The notes beneath the pieces are model-generated. The model worked only from the letters and a program-made list of their open reading frames with translations, was not told the origin of the DNA and searched no databases. Position numbers and translations under genes: made by a program. Shown piece after piece: positions 1 through 8,554 of a stretch of DNA of 64,000 nt (positions within the stretch are counted from its first letter, which is position 1; each line of letters opens with the position of its first letter). This stretch comes from Candidatus Micrarchaeota archaeon (GTDB lineage: Archaea > Micrarchaeota > Micrarchaeia > Anstonellales > Bilamarchaeaceae), in assembly GCA_018812625.1 (NCBI GenBank), contig JAHJDH010000033.1, positions 3,622-67,621 of the forward strand. The letters run 5' to 3'.

Positions 1-30
1 CCAGAAATTGCAAAGAGGTTTGAAGCATGA
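1..30 (+). CDS. C-terminal fragment of an ORF cut by the window edge (probably ribosomal protein uL4)
   Basis: Frame is open from base 1 (..PEIAKRFEA*) and its TGA overlaps the uL23 ATG (ATGA at 27-30). Identity is inferred only from the conserved L4-L23-L2 order. Confidence 0.3.
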   Translation, partial: PEIAKRFEA

Positions 31-278
31 TATTAATCGCACCAATTAAAACAGAAAAAGCAATTGGAAAGATTGAATACGAGAATGCCTTAACTTTCCA
101 TGTAAATCTTAGATCATCCAAAAAAGAGATCCAGGATGAAGTGGAAAAATTATTTAGTGTTAAGGTATACTCAGTCAATACTTTTGTTACTGCAAAAGGT
201 CACAAACACGCTCTAGTTCGACTCAATAAAGAGTTTAAGGCAGATGATGTTGCAATCAAACTCAAAATGATCGCATGA
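27..278 (+). CDS. rpl23: ribosomal protein uL23
   Basis: 83 aa with a typical short archaeal L23 sequence (..TAKGHKHALVRL..DDVAIKL). It sits immediately upstream of uL2 in the conserved order. Confidence 0.93.
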   Translation: MILIAPIKTEKAIGKIEYENALTFHVNLRSSKKEIQDEVEKLFSVKVYSVNTFVTAKGHKHALVRLNKEFKADDVAIKLKMIA

Positions 279-288
279 GGTAATATTT

Positions 289-1044
289 ATGGGTAATCGA
301 TTAAAACAACAAAAAAGAGGCGCTGGAAGGCCAAGGTATCTTTCTCCAGGTCATAGATTCAAAACTAATCTTCAATATCGACGCTATGATGATATTGAAA
401 AAACAGGAGTTTTGACTGGGACTGTAATGAGCTTTATTGATGATCCTGGGCGAACATCATTATTGATGAAAGTCAAGTATGATAATAACGAAACAGGAAT
501 TCTACTTGCTCCTGAAGGAATTTCTATTGGAGATCCAGTTGACGTTGGTGTCCAGGGAAGATTAATCCTTGGAAGCGTTCTTCCATTATATAGAATTCCA
601 GATGGTGCATACATTTTCAACATTGAAAGAAACCCTGGAGATGGCGGTTCACTAGTAAAAGCATCTGGTAATTCTGCAAACATTGTTGCAAAAGAAGGAG
701 GTATTGTTTATATCAAGCTTCCAAGCAAGACAACAATTGTTTTGTCGAGCGAATGCCGGGCGCAGCTTGGTGTCATTGCAGGAGGCGGCAGACTTGAAAA
801 ACCAATGCTCAAAGCAGGTAATAATCATTATAAGAAAAAGGCTCAGAACAGACTTTGGCCAGTAGTTCGAGGTGTTCATCAGTCAGCCTACAGCCACCCC
901 CACGGTGGTAAGCAGCACCACGTTGGTAAGCCAACAACAGTTGCAAGATCATCTCCACCTGGTTCTAAGGTTGGACATATTGCAGCAAGACAAACCGGAC
1001 GCCGTAAAGGTAAGAGAACAGTGAGTCCAACTAAGAAGAAATAG
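289..1044 (+). CDS. rpl2: ribosomal protein uL2
   Basis: 251 aa with the diagnostic C-terminal HPHGGKQHHVGKP motif. A GAGGT Shine-Dalgarno-like element lies upstream. Confidence 0.97.
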   Translation: MGNRLKQQKRGAGRPRYLSPGHRFKTNLQYRRYDDIEKTGVLTGTVMSFIDDPGRTSLLMKVKYDNNETGILLAPEGISIGDPVDVGVQGRLILGSVLPLYRIPDGAYIFNIERNPGDGGSLVKASGNSANIVAKEGGIVYIKLPSKTTIVLSSECRAQLGVIAGGGRLEKPMLKAGNNHYKKKAQNRLWPVVRGVHQSAYSHPHGGKQHHVGKPTTVARSSPPGSKVGHIAARQTGRRKGKRTVSPTKKK

Positions 1045-1052
1045 GTGAAATT

Positions 1053-1457
1053 ATGGTTAAGAAAGACGTATGGAAAGGTGTTGATGAAGATCATATAGAG
1101 AAACTATCTTTTGATGATTTTCTCAAGAAAGCAACATCCAGAGAAAGAAGGACACTCCAAAGAGCTTTGAAAAACAAAAACAAAAGACTCAAGGAATTTA
1201 TGGAAGAAGTTCGCACTATCAAAGCTGAAAATCCAAAAAAGCTAATCCGAACTCATGTAAGAGAGGCAGTAATTTTGCCTGAATGGGTTGGATTGACATT
1301 TGGAATTCATAATGGAAAAGAGTTCAAGAAGGTTGAGATAACTGTTGGCAAAGTAGGCAAACGCCTTGGAGATTTCTCTCATACAACTGGAAGAGTTGCA
1401 CACTCTGGTCCTGGTGTCGGAGCAACTAGAGGTTCCAAGTTCGTACCACTGAAGTGA
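1053..1457 (+). CDS. rps19: ribosomal protein uS19
   Basis: 134 aa with the GKEFKKVEIT..GDFSHTTGRVAHSGPG core. A GGTGA SD lies 5 nt upstream. Confidence 0.95.
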   Translation: MVKKDVWKGVDEDHIEKLSFDDFLKKATSRERRTLQRALKNKNKRLKEFMEEVRTIKAENPKKLIRTHVREAVILPEWVGLTFGIHNGKEFKKVEITVGKVGKRLGDFSHTTGRVAHSGPGVGATRGSKFVPLK

Positions 1458-1461
1458 TCTT

Positions 1462-2196
1462 ATGAAAGGTTATTCATCAAACATTCCAGAAAATTGTACG
1501 ACTGCGCGAGTTGAGGGAGTAAATGCTTCCTACAAAGACCTTTCACAGGTTTGCAGATCCATCAGATCAAAGAAATCTGATTGGGCAGTTTCTTTCCTTG
1601 AAAAGGCCGCAGAAGGCGAAGTAGCCGTACGCTACAAGACAAACAACAAAAGACTTGGGCACAGAAGAGAACTTGGCGGAAAGAAAGGAAGATATCCAAA
1701 AAAGGCTGCTAAGATTGTTCTCAAAGCACTTTTGAGTGCAATTGCCAATGGCAAAATCAAAGGTCTTGGTGATGTTTATACTGTTTTGATTGCAACTGCA
1801 AATAAGAAAAACAGGTATCCAAGAATTGCATCAAAGGGTAGATGGGCAAGGTCTTTCCTTGAAACATCCAGAGTAGAACTCGTTCTTCAAGGTCCAGAGG
1901 TTCCAAAAGGTGTTGAAGTAACTCCTCCAAAGAAAGCTGATAAACCAGTAGCAAAGAAAGAGGAAAAAGTAGACTCCAAGAAAATAACGCCCGAGCCTAA
2001 TAAAAAGGCAGAGTCTGCAAAAGAAACTACCGAGCCTAAAAAGAAAGCAGAGGATAAAAAGGAAGCTCCAAAACAACCTCTAAAACAAGAAGGTGCTACT
2101 TACAGCAAACACAATGATGTGGAGGAACCTCCACTTGATACTGAAAAGAGGAGAAAAGAAAAACCTCATCAACATGGAGAAAATAGTAAAAGGTGA
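1462..2196 (+). CDS. rpl22: ribosomal protein uL22 with a ~90-aa K/E/P-rich C-terminal extension
   Basis: The N-terminal ~150 aa look like L22 (ARVEGVNASYKDLSQVCRSIR..). The position between uS19 and uS3 fits. The tail is PPKKADKPVAKKEEK.. and low complexity. Confidence 0.9.
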   Translation: MKGYSSNIPENCTTARVEGVNASYKDLSQVCRSIRSKKSDWAVSFLEKAAEGEVAVRYKTNNKRLGHRRELGGKKGRYPKKAAKIVLKALLSAIANGKIKGLGDVYTVLIATANKKNRYPRIASKGRWARSFLETSRVELVLQGPEVPKGVEVTPPKKADKPVAKKEEKVDSKKITPEPNKKAESAKETTEPKKKAEDKKEAPKQPLKQEGATYSKHNDVEEPPLDTEKRRKEKPHQHGENSKR

Positions 2197-2202
2197 TTCA
2201 TA

Positions 2203-3036
2203 ATGCTTTATCAAGAAAAACTAATCGAAGAACCATTTGCCAAATATCAGGTTATGAAGTATTTGGAGAAAAGACTTGACCGCGCTGGTCTTGCCAGTGT
2301 GGATATTCAGAGAACTCCGCTTGTAACTAGGATTACTCTTGAAGTTGCAAATCCTGCCCGAATTATCGGTAAAAAAGGAAGACTCATCAATGAACTTACA
2401 GCTGATATCAAAAATGAATTTAATATCGAGAATCCACAGATCAGTGTTATTGAAGTTCGCAACCAGTTCCTAGAGCCAAGGATGGTTGGAAAAAGAGCTA
2501 CCAAATACATTGAAATGGGTAAAAAAGTCCGTGCTGTTTTGCACTATATGCTTCGTGAAATTATCCGTGCTGGTGCTCTTGGTGCTGAAATTGTAGCATC
2601 TGGAAAAATCGGAGCAAAAGGAGCTCGTGCAAAAAGCCTTCGTGTAAGTGCTGGTTATATTCCAAAAGCAGGAGAGCCATGCAGACAGATCAAAGTTGCA
2701 CATATTAACGCAAATACAAGATCTGGTGTTATTGGAATTCTTGTTAGAATTGTTCCTCCAGGAACCGTGTTCCCTGATAAAAAATCGACTCAGGCAGTTG
2801 TACTTCCAAAAGTGATTGCAGCTGCAACTGGAGTTGGAACTCGTGCTGGAGCAGATGGCGATCAAGGATCTGGTGGAAAACCTAGAAGTACTGGGCCTAA
2901 AAGAAACAGTTATGGCAACCGAGGCGGTGGAAACCGTGGTGGACCACGTGGCGGAAGCAGCGGCGGATATGGCGGTGGAAACCGTGGTGGACCACGTGGC
3001 GGAAGCAGCGGCGGAAACAGAGGTGGAAGGAGATGA
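2203..3036 (+). CDS. rps3: ribosomal protein uS3 with a C-terminal RGG-repeat tail
   Basis: KH-domain signature VTRITLEVANPARIIGKKGRLINEL and a GGTGA SD. The last ~60 aa are GNRGGPRGGSSGG repeats. Confidence 0.95.
   Translation: MLYQEKLIEEPFAKYQVMKYLEKRLDRAGLASVDIQRTPLVTRITLEVANPARIIGKKGRLINELTADIKNEFNIENPQISVIEVRNQFLEPRMVGKRATKYIEMGKKVRAVLHYMLREIIRAGALGAEIVASGKIGAKGARAKSLRVSAGYIPKAGEPCRQIKVAHINANTRSGVIGILVRIVPPGTVFPDKKSTQAVVLPKVIAAATGVGTRAGADGDQGSGGKPRSTGPKRNSYGNRGGGNRGGPRGGSSGGYGGGNRGGPRGGSSGGNRGGRR
2923..3015 (+). repeat. perfect 45-bp tandem duplication (period 48) encoding the RGG tail of uS3
   Basis: ggcggtggaaaccgtggtggaccacgtggcggaagcagcggcgga occurs at 2923-2967 and again at 2971-3015, separated by tat. 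Confidence 0.95.
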
Positions 3037-3200
3037 AGAAATACGAAATCCAAAAACTCACTCCAAAAGAATGTGGAGCCAAAATTGCCGAGATTGAAAA
3101 GGCAATTCTTGAACTTCGTGGAGAAGGCAGAACTGAAAAAATCAAACCTTTGAAGAAAACCATTGCAAAACTAAAAATGCAAAAAATGCAAAAAGCTTAA
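3033..3200 (+). CDS. rpl29: ribosomal protein uL29 (55 aa, below the ORF-track cut-off)
   Basis: Hand translation gives MKKYEIQKLTPKECGAKIAEIEKAILELRGEGRTEKIKPLKKTIAKLKMQKMQKA*. The ATG overlaps the uS3 stop (ATGA). It has the L29-like helical hairpin pattern and the conserved position after uS3. Confidence 0.85.
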   Translation: MKKYEIQKLTPKECGAKIAEIEKAILELRGEGRTEKIKPLKKTIAKLKMQKMQKA

Positions 3201-3225
3201 AAATTAACGAAGGAGAAGAATAATT

Positions 3226-3540
3226 GTGAATGCATTAATGGACAGAGATCCCATAACTGGGCTACCCAAGGAACTCGGGATTACCGAGGCCCTTGACAAA
3301 CAAGGAGCAACGAAGATCAAGGTATATACCACCAAGAAAAAATTCCGAAAACTAGTCACTATAATTGAAGGCGTTGATAAGTCTCAGCTAAACAAAACAA
3401 CAAAAGAGCTGAAGACTAAATTCGCCTGCGGTGGAACCTCAAAAGACGGAATTATAATTCTCCAAGGAAACCATAAAACAAGAGTAAAAGATGCTCTTAA
3501 ATCACTTGGTTATCCTGAAGACAATATCGAAGTGTCTTAG
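3226..3540 (+). CDS. sui1: translation initiation factor SUI1 / aIF1
   Basis: 104 aa with KLVTIIEG..FACGGTSKDGIIILQGNHK typical of the SUI1 family. GTG start, with AGGAG 10 nt upstream. Confidence 0.9.
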   Translation: MNALMDRDPITGLPKELGITEALDKQGATKIKVYTTKKKFRKLVTIIEGVDKSQLNKTTKELKTKFACGGTSKDGIIILQGNHKTRVKDALKSLGYPEDNIEVS

Positions 3541-4591
3541 CAACTTCTTCAATTTCTTTTTTTGTTATTCCAGGAAATATTGGCAGCGATAGCGTTGAAT
3601 CTGCAAACTTCTCTGCAACTGGATATTTTTCATTTCTGTCTTTGTATGGCGGCTGATGATGTATTGGAATTGGATAATGTGCATCACAATCAATCCCGCT
3701 ACCAAAAAGCTGTTCTTTTACTATATCCCTGTTCTTCAGTTTTATCGCATACTTGTTGAATACTGGTTTTATATCTGCAGTTTCAGCTGGTGGCAATAGA
3801 ATTTCATCAAACTCCTTGAGAATCTTATTGTAATGCCTTGCAGCCTCTCTTCGCTGTTCATTCCAGGATTCAATATGCTGAAGCTGCACTCTCCCAATTG
3901 CAGCATTTACGCTATTTATTCGCGAACTATAGCCTATGATCTTGTGCTCATGGGTGTAGATGCTCTCTCTTCCAGAATCAGCAATCATACGAACTTTTTT
4001 TGCCAGAGCCTCATCATTAGTAACTACCATCCCGCCGCTGCCGCCTACTGTCATATTCTTGAATGGATTAAACGAAAAACATCCGAGTTTTCCGATTGTC
4101 CCTACTCTGTTTTCATAGTAAAGCGCGCCATGCGCTTGAGCAGCATCCTCAATAACTGGAATATCTCCGGCAGCTTCCATGATTTCATCCATTTTTGCCG
4201 GATACCCGTGCAAATGAACTGGAATTATTGCCTTGATTTTTTTGTCGCGCTTTAGTGTTTTTTTGATTTGCTCTGGGTCAATGTTATTATCCTCTCCAAT
4301 ATCGCAGAATACTGGTTTTCCACGAGCAAGATAGGCAACATTTGCAGTTGCAACGTAGGAAATTGGAGTGGTAAGAACATGCTGATCTTTTACTCCTATT
4401 GCCAGAAGTGAAAAAAGAAGGGCATCAGTTCCAGAAGCTACTGAAATTGCATGGTCCGCGCCGCAGTATGCTGCAAACTCCTCTTCAAACAGCTTCACAC
4501 TTTCTCCAAAGAGCAGATCCTCATTTGCAAGAGCATCTGCTGCAGCATCAATCATTTGCTGAGTAATAATAATTTTCTCAAGAGGAATCAT
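3497..4591 (-). CDS. DegT/DnrJ/EryC1/StrS-family PLP-dependent sugar aminotransferase
   Basis: 364 aa with SGTDALLFSLLAIG, IIPVHLHGYPA, DAAQAHGA and the lysine region FSFNPFKNMTVGGSGGMVVTND. It is antisense to the flanking ribosomal genes. Confidence 0.85.
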   Translation of the reverse strand: MIPLEKIIITQQMIDAAADALANEDLLFGESVKLFEEEFAAYCGADHAISVASGTDALLFSLLAIGVKDQHVLTTPISYVATANVAYLARGKPVFCDIGEDNNIDPEQIKKTLKRDKKIKAIIPVHLHGYPAKMDEIMEAAGDIPVIEDAAQAHGALYYENRVGTIGKLGCFSFNPFKNMTVGGSGGMVVTNDEALAKKVRMIADSGRESIYTHEHKIIGYSSRINSVNAAIGRVQLQHIESWNEQRREAARHYNKILKEFDEILLPPAETADIKPVFNKYAIKLKNRDIVKEQLFGSGIDCDAHYPIPIHHQPPYKDRNEKYPVAEKFADSTLSLPIFPGITKKEIEEVAKTLRYCLQDNQVI

Positions 4592-4625
4592 GGTTTTAAT
4601 TCAGTCTGTTTATATTAAAACCCTG

Positions 4626-4895
4626 ATGATCACAAAAAAAAATCTTGTCTATTCAAGTTTCATTGGCCTTATGGTCGAGATAGTTAATAGCAGTCAGAGG
4701 GAACTTATTGGAGTTTGCGGAAAAATCGTTGATGAAACCAAAAATCTTATTGTGATTGAAAAAAAATCTGGAGATGAAGTTCGGATTCCCAAAGTTTCGT
4801 CTGTCTTCAGGTTTAATCTTGATAATGATGAATTTGTGGATATTGATGGAAGGATGATTGCATTTAGGCCTCATGAGAGGCCCAAGAAAGTATAG
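4626..4895 (+). CDS. rnp1: RNase P protein component 1 (Rpp29/Pop4)
   Basis: Core LIGVCGKIVDETKNLIVIEKK..IPKVSSVFRF..IDGRMIAFRPHERPKK matches the Rpp29 barrel pattern. The conserved position before uS17 fits. The track ORF begins at 4590; I prefer the internal ATG at 4626, so the start is uncertain. Confidence 0.8.
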   Translation: MITKKNLVYSSFIGLMVEIVNSSQRELIGVCGKIVDETKNLIVIEKKSGDEVRIPKVSSVFRFNLDNDEFVDIDGRMIAFRPHERPKKV

Positions 4896-5067
4896 TCCGT
4901 CGTATGGTTTATAAAGTCTTGTATCTGTAATATTGTAATCCGTATTGGATAAAGCTGATAAACACCTTTTCCTCATTAGAAAAGATTTATTTAGCATTAT
5001 ATAATTTCCTGCTCTAGCACTCGAATTTCCCGAGCAGGAATGATGAATTTAATAGCGGTGAAGCTAG

Positions 5068-5367
5068 ATGGCAGAACAAGATGTAAAATTCCAAAAAATT
5101 GATGGCATTGCTACGCGTGGTGGTATCCTTACTGGCATAGTCGTTAGCGATAAAATGAAAAAGACAGTCGTAATCGAGAGAGATGTTACTAAATACTTTT
5201 CAAAATACAAAAAGTATGCAAAAACAAATTCTCGAATTGTTGCTCATAATCCAGATTCTATTGGTGCAAAGGTAGGCGATCTTGTCACAATTGCAGAGAC
5301 AAGAAAACTTAGCAAAACCAAGGCTTGGATGGTAGTTGAAATTATCAAAAAAGGTGAATCATCATGA
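5068..5367 (+). CDS. rps17: ribosomal protein uS17
   Basis: 99 aa with GILTGIVVSDKMKKTVVIERD..VGDLVTIAETRKLSKTK. A GGTGA SD lies upstream. Confidence 0.95.
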   Translation: MAEQDVKFQKIDGIATRGGILTGIVVSDKMKKTVVIERDVTKYFSKYKKYAKTNSRIVAHNPDSIGAKVGDLVTIAETRKLSKTKAWMVVEIIKKGESS

Positions 5368-5762
5368 AGGGCGTAACAAGTAAGATTACAAAGACATTGA
5401 CTCTTGGAGCACTTATTCCATGTACTGACAACAGCGGCGCTAAAATCGTCAAGCTTGTTGGTGCTCTTAAATATAAGGGTACACGAAGAAGGAATCCAAC
5501 TGGCGGAGTTGGAGACGTTATTATTGCTTCAGTTCGAAAAGGAAAGCCCGATCTTGTGAAAAAGGTTATAAAAGCACTTATCGTAAGGCAGAAAAAAGAA
5601 TTCAGAAGACCAAACGGAATGAGAATTATGTTTGAAGACAATGCAGTTGTTCTTGTCAATGATGATTTTCTTCCAGTTGGAACCGAGATTAAAGGTGTAG
5701 TTGCAAGGGAAATTGCAGAGCGTTTCCCAAAAGTAGCAGCAATTTCAGCAGGTGTTGTTTAA
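5364..5762 (+). CDS. rpl14: ribosomal protein uL14
   Basis: 132 aa with CTDNSGAK..GDVIIASVRKG. The start overlaps the uS17 stop, and a GGTGA SD is present. Confidence 0.96.
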   Translation: MKGVTSKITKTLTLGALIPCTDNSGAKIVKLVGALKYKGTRRRNPTGGVGDVIIASVRKGKPDLVKKVIKALIVRQKKEFRRPNGMRIMFEDNAVVLVNDDFLPVGTEIKGVVAREIAERFPKVAAISAGVV

Positions 5763-6275
5763 ATGAAACCCGACACAGAAAGAAAAAAATATTATAGTGA
5801 AAAGCTTCACAAGAGAAAAAACAGGCTTCACTGTCATCTTTCAAAGGAACTTCGATCAAAACTCAAGGCAAAAAAGAGATCTCTACTTATTCACAAGGGA
5901 GACTCGATAAAAGTTTTGAGAGGCCCTGGAAAAGGAAAGACTGCAAAAGTGAGCAAAGTCAGTACACTCAATAGGAAAGTATATGTTGAAGGAGTCGTTG
6001 CCAAGACTGCCCGTGGAAAAGAAGTTCAAATGGCACTTGAAGTCTCTAACCTCATGTTGGTCGGACTTGAACCAACCAAAGAGAGGAAAGCAATCTTTTC
6101 TGAAGACATATTCATGAAAAAGGAGAAGCCAAAAAAAGCAGTGGCGCCAAAGCCAGATGCTAAAGCTGATGCGCCAAAAGCCGAGCCTTCAAAGACTGCT
6201 CCGGTTCTAAAGGCCGAAGCACCAAAGAAAGAGCCAAATATGGCAGACCCAAAGAAGAGTCAAAAAATGATGTAG
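5763..6275 (+). CDS. rpl24: ribosomal protein uL24 with a K/A/P-rich C-terminal extension
   Basis: KOW region IHKGDSIKVLRGPGKGKTAKV. The tail is KKEKPKKAVAPKPDAKADAPKAEP... Confidence 0.92.
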   Translation: MKPDTERKKYYSEKLHKRKNRLHCHLSKELRSKLKAKKRSLLIHKGDSIKVLRGPGKGKTAKVSKVSTLNRKVYVEGVVAKTARGKEVQMALEVSNLMLVGLEPTKERKAIFSEDIFMKKEKPKKAVAPKPDAKADAPKAEPSKTAPVLKAEAPKKEPNMADPKKSQKMM

Positions 6276-6298
6276 AAGATCAATAAGGTGATGTTACT

Positions 6299-7006
6299 AT
6301 GGGAAAAAGAGGAGCACCAAAACACATGAAGAGGATCGCTGTACCAAAATCAGTTCCAATTCATGACAAAAAAAGTAGAGAATGGATGATTAAATCATCT
6401 CCAGGACCACATTCAGGCGATTATTCAATTCCGCTTGGGGTCTTGATCAGGGATGTTCTAAAACTTGTCAGAACTTCAAGAGAAGTTGGAAGAATTCTCT
6501 CTAGCAGACTTGTTCGTGTAGATGGAACAGTTCGTGTTGATGAGAAATTCCCAGTTGGTCTTATGGATGTCGTTTCATTTGAAAAGAATGAAACACACTA
6601 CAGAATCATTCTGGATAAAAAAGGAAGACTTGTTCCAGCAGAGCTCAAGAAGGGCGATATCTCAACCAAGGTTGTTCGTATAGTAAAAAAACACATTCAA
6701 CCAAAAGGAAAGATTACACTTACTTCTAATGATGGAAGAACCATAATTGCAGACAATCATATCATGGTTGGAGACAGTGTTGTTGTTTCAATTCCAAAGG
6801 TCAAAATCAAAACTCATCTAAAGAGAGAATCTGGTGCAACATGCCTCATCATGGATGGAAAGCACGCTGGATTTATTGTTTCTCTAAAAGAAATAATCCA
6901 AAGAAAAGGTGGACAGGCTTCAGAGGCTTTGGTTTCACAGGGCGATAATGAGTTCATTACAGTTGCAAAGTATCTCTTTGTTATTAATGACGAGGTGTAT
7001 GCGTGA
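6299..7006 (+). CDS. rps4e: ribosomal protein eS4
   Basis: 235 aa starting MGKRGAPKHMKRIAVPK (S4e N-terminus). An AGGTGAT SD lies upstream. This protein is an archaeal/eukaryotic marker. Confidence 0.95.
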   Translation: MGKRGAPKHMKRIAVPKSVPIHDKKSREWMIKSSPGPHSGDYSIPLGVLIRDVLKLVRTSREVGRILSSRLVRVDGTVRVDEKFPVGLMDVVSFEKNETHYRIILDKKGRLVPAELKKGDISTKVVRIVKKHIQPKGKITLTSNDGRTIIADNHIMVGDSVVVSIPKVKIKTHLKRESGATCLIMDGKHAGFIVSLKEIIQRKGGQASEALVSQGDNEFITVAKYLFVINDEVYA

Positions 7007-7503
7007 GAAATATACTTATTGAAAAAGTTACTGTAAACATTGGTGTTGGAGAACCCGGCCAGACACTTGATCAGGCACGAGACCTTCTAGGCAGACTTGC
7101 TGGTGGAAGAAAAACTCTTGAGACAAGGGCAAAGAGAAGAGAGCCAACATTCAAACTCCGAAAAGACCTTCCAATTGGATGCAAAGTAACTATCAGGGGC
7201 AAGAGCGCTCAGGAATTTTTGGACAAAGCACTTATAGCAAAGAGGAAAGTCATAAAATCCTCTAATTTCGACAAGCAGGGAAACCTCTCATTCGGAATAG
7301 CAGAGTACATAGATTTTCCAGGAATCAAATACGATCCATCTATGCCAATGTTTGGTTTTGATGTTTGTGTTTCATTGACAAGACCAGGAAGGCGTGTACA
7401 GTTGAGAAAACTTGAATCTGCGAAAATCGGGAAATCGCACAAGATCACCAAAGAAGAGGCAATGGAATTTGTCAAGACAACATTTGGTGTAACTCTAGAG
7501 TGA
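7003..7503 (+). CDS. rpl5: ribosomal protein uL5
   Basis: 166 aa with KVTVNIGVGE..FGIAEYIDFPG. The GTG start overlaps the eS4 stop (GTGA), and a GAGGTG SD is present. Confidence 0.94.
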   Translation: MRNILIEKVTVNIGVGEPGQTLDQARDLLGRLAGGRKTLETRAKRREPTFKLRKDLPIGCKVTIRGKSAQEFLDKALIAKRKVIKSSNFDKQGNLSFGIAEYIDFPGIKYDPSMPMFGFDVCVSLTRPGRRVQLRKLESAKIGKSHKITKEEAMEFVKTTFGVTLE

Positions 7504-7508
7504 TGTTT

Positions 7509-7670
7509 ATGAAGATCTCAAAAGAAGAAAAAATGAAAGGAAGAGGAAAAAGAAAATGCAGAATCTGTGAAACTGCAAGGGGCCTCATTAGGAAATACGA
7601 CCTGATTATCTGCAGAAGATGCTTCAGGGAAGTTGGGGAATATATGGGCTTCAGAAAATACGGAAAGTGA
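7509..7670 (+). CDS. rps14: ribosomal protein uS14 (zinc-ribbon type, 53 aa, below the ORF-track cut-off)
   Basis: Hand translation gives MKISKEEKMKGRGKRKCRICETARGLIRKYDLIICRRCFREVGEYMGFRKYGK* with CxxC..CxxC. AGTGAT SD precedes it. An alternative ATG lies at 7503. Confidence 0.88.
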   Translation: MKISKEEKMKGRGKRKCRICETARGLIRKYDLIICRRCFREVGEYMGFRKYGK

Positions 7671-7674
7671 TATT

Positions 7675-8058
7675 ATGACCGATCATTTAGCTAACGCTCT
7701 CAATACAATAAAAACCCATGAAATCGTGGGTCAGGATAAGTGTACTGTACAAGCAACCAAGCTTATAGGCCAGGTCCTCGAGGTTCTAAAACAACACAAA
7801 TATCTAAAGGACTACAAAAAAATCAAAGATGGAAGGTATAATCTCTTTGAGGTCGAGCTTCAGGGAACCATTAATGACTGTGGGGTTATAAAGCCAAGAA
7901 TTCCGGTTAGAAGGCATGATTGGAACAAGACTGAGGAAGAGTTTATTCCTGCATATAATGTTGGTCTTTTAATCATCTCAACTCCTGGCGGAATAATGAC
8001 CAATGCAGATGCACGGGAAAACCGTACAGGCGGAAGACTCCTGGCATATGTATTCTAG
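7675..8058 (+). CDS. rps8: ribosomal protein uS8
   Basis: MTDHLANALNTIKTHE.. is a canonical S8 N-terminus. The track ORF (7633) extends upstream into uS14. The ATG at 7675 is preceded by AGTGAT. Confidence 0.93.
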   Translation: MTDHLANALNTIKTHEIVGQDKCTVQATKLIGQVLEVLKQHKYLKDYKKIKDGRYNLFEVELQGTINDCGVIKPRIPVRRHDWNKTEEEFIPAYNVGLLIISTPGGIMTNADARENRTGGRLLAYVF

Positions 8059-8064
8059 GTGATT

Positions 8065-8553
8065 ATGATGATCGAAATTCCAGACGGAGTAACATTCCAA
8101 GTTGATGGATCAAAAGTGTCTGCAAAAGGACCTCAAGGAGAAGTCGTAAAAGTATTCTCAAAGAACGCAACAGTCAAACTTGAGGGAAACAAACTCAGTG
8201 TTACTGCTGACAAAGCACTCAAAGGAACTATCGAGTCTCTTTTGAACAGCATGGCAATTGGAGTAAACGTTGGTTTTACCAAAAAACTCAAGGTTCTATA
8301 TGCGCACTTTCCAATTTCAATTGAAGTAAAAGGACAGAATATTACAATAAAGAACTTTCTTGGAGAAAGACAACCTAGAAAAACAGTTCTTGTTGGAAGC
8401 ACTAAGCTAGAGATCAAGGGGCAGAATCTAACTGTATCCGGTCCAGATAAGGAAGCTGTTGGTCAAACTGCAGCAAACCTTAGAACCAAAACCAAGATCA
8501 AAGATAAGGATGGAAGGATATTCCAGGATGGCATCTACCTTTCAGGTGAGTAA
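8065..8553 (+). CDS. rpl6: ribosomal protein uL6
   Basis: IEIPDGVTFQVDGSKVSAKGPQGE.. with the two-domain L6 pattern. Start is ambiguous (8059 GTG, 8065 or 8068 ATG) after a GGTGAT SD. Confidence 0.92.
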   Translation: MMIEIPDGVTFQVDGSKVSAKGPQGEVVKVFSKNATVKLEGNKLSVTADKALKGTIESLLNSMAIGVNVGFTKKLKVLYAHFPISIEVKGQNITIKNFLGERQPRKTVLVGSTKLEIKGQNLTVSGPDKEAVGQTAANLRTKTKIKDKDGRIFQDGIYLSGE

Positions 8554-8554
8554 T

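Noticed and set aside
5039-5047. C/D-box sRNA candidates: ATGATGA at 5041-5047 and GTGATGA at 45962-45968.
   Set aside because: C-box-like heptamers are present, but no CTGA D box lies at the expected 40-60 nt distance and there is no terminal pairing. They are probably chance matches; the first overlaps the uS17 SD region.
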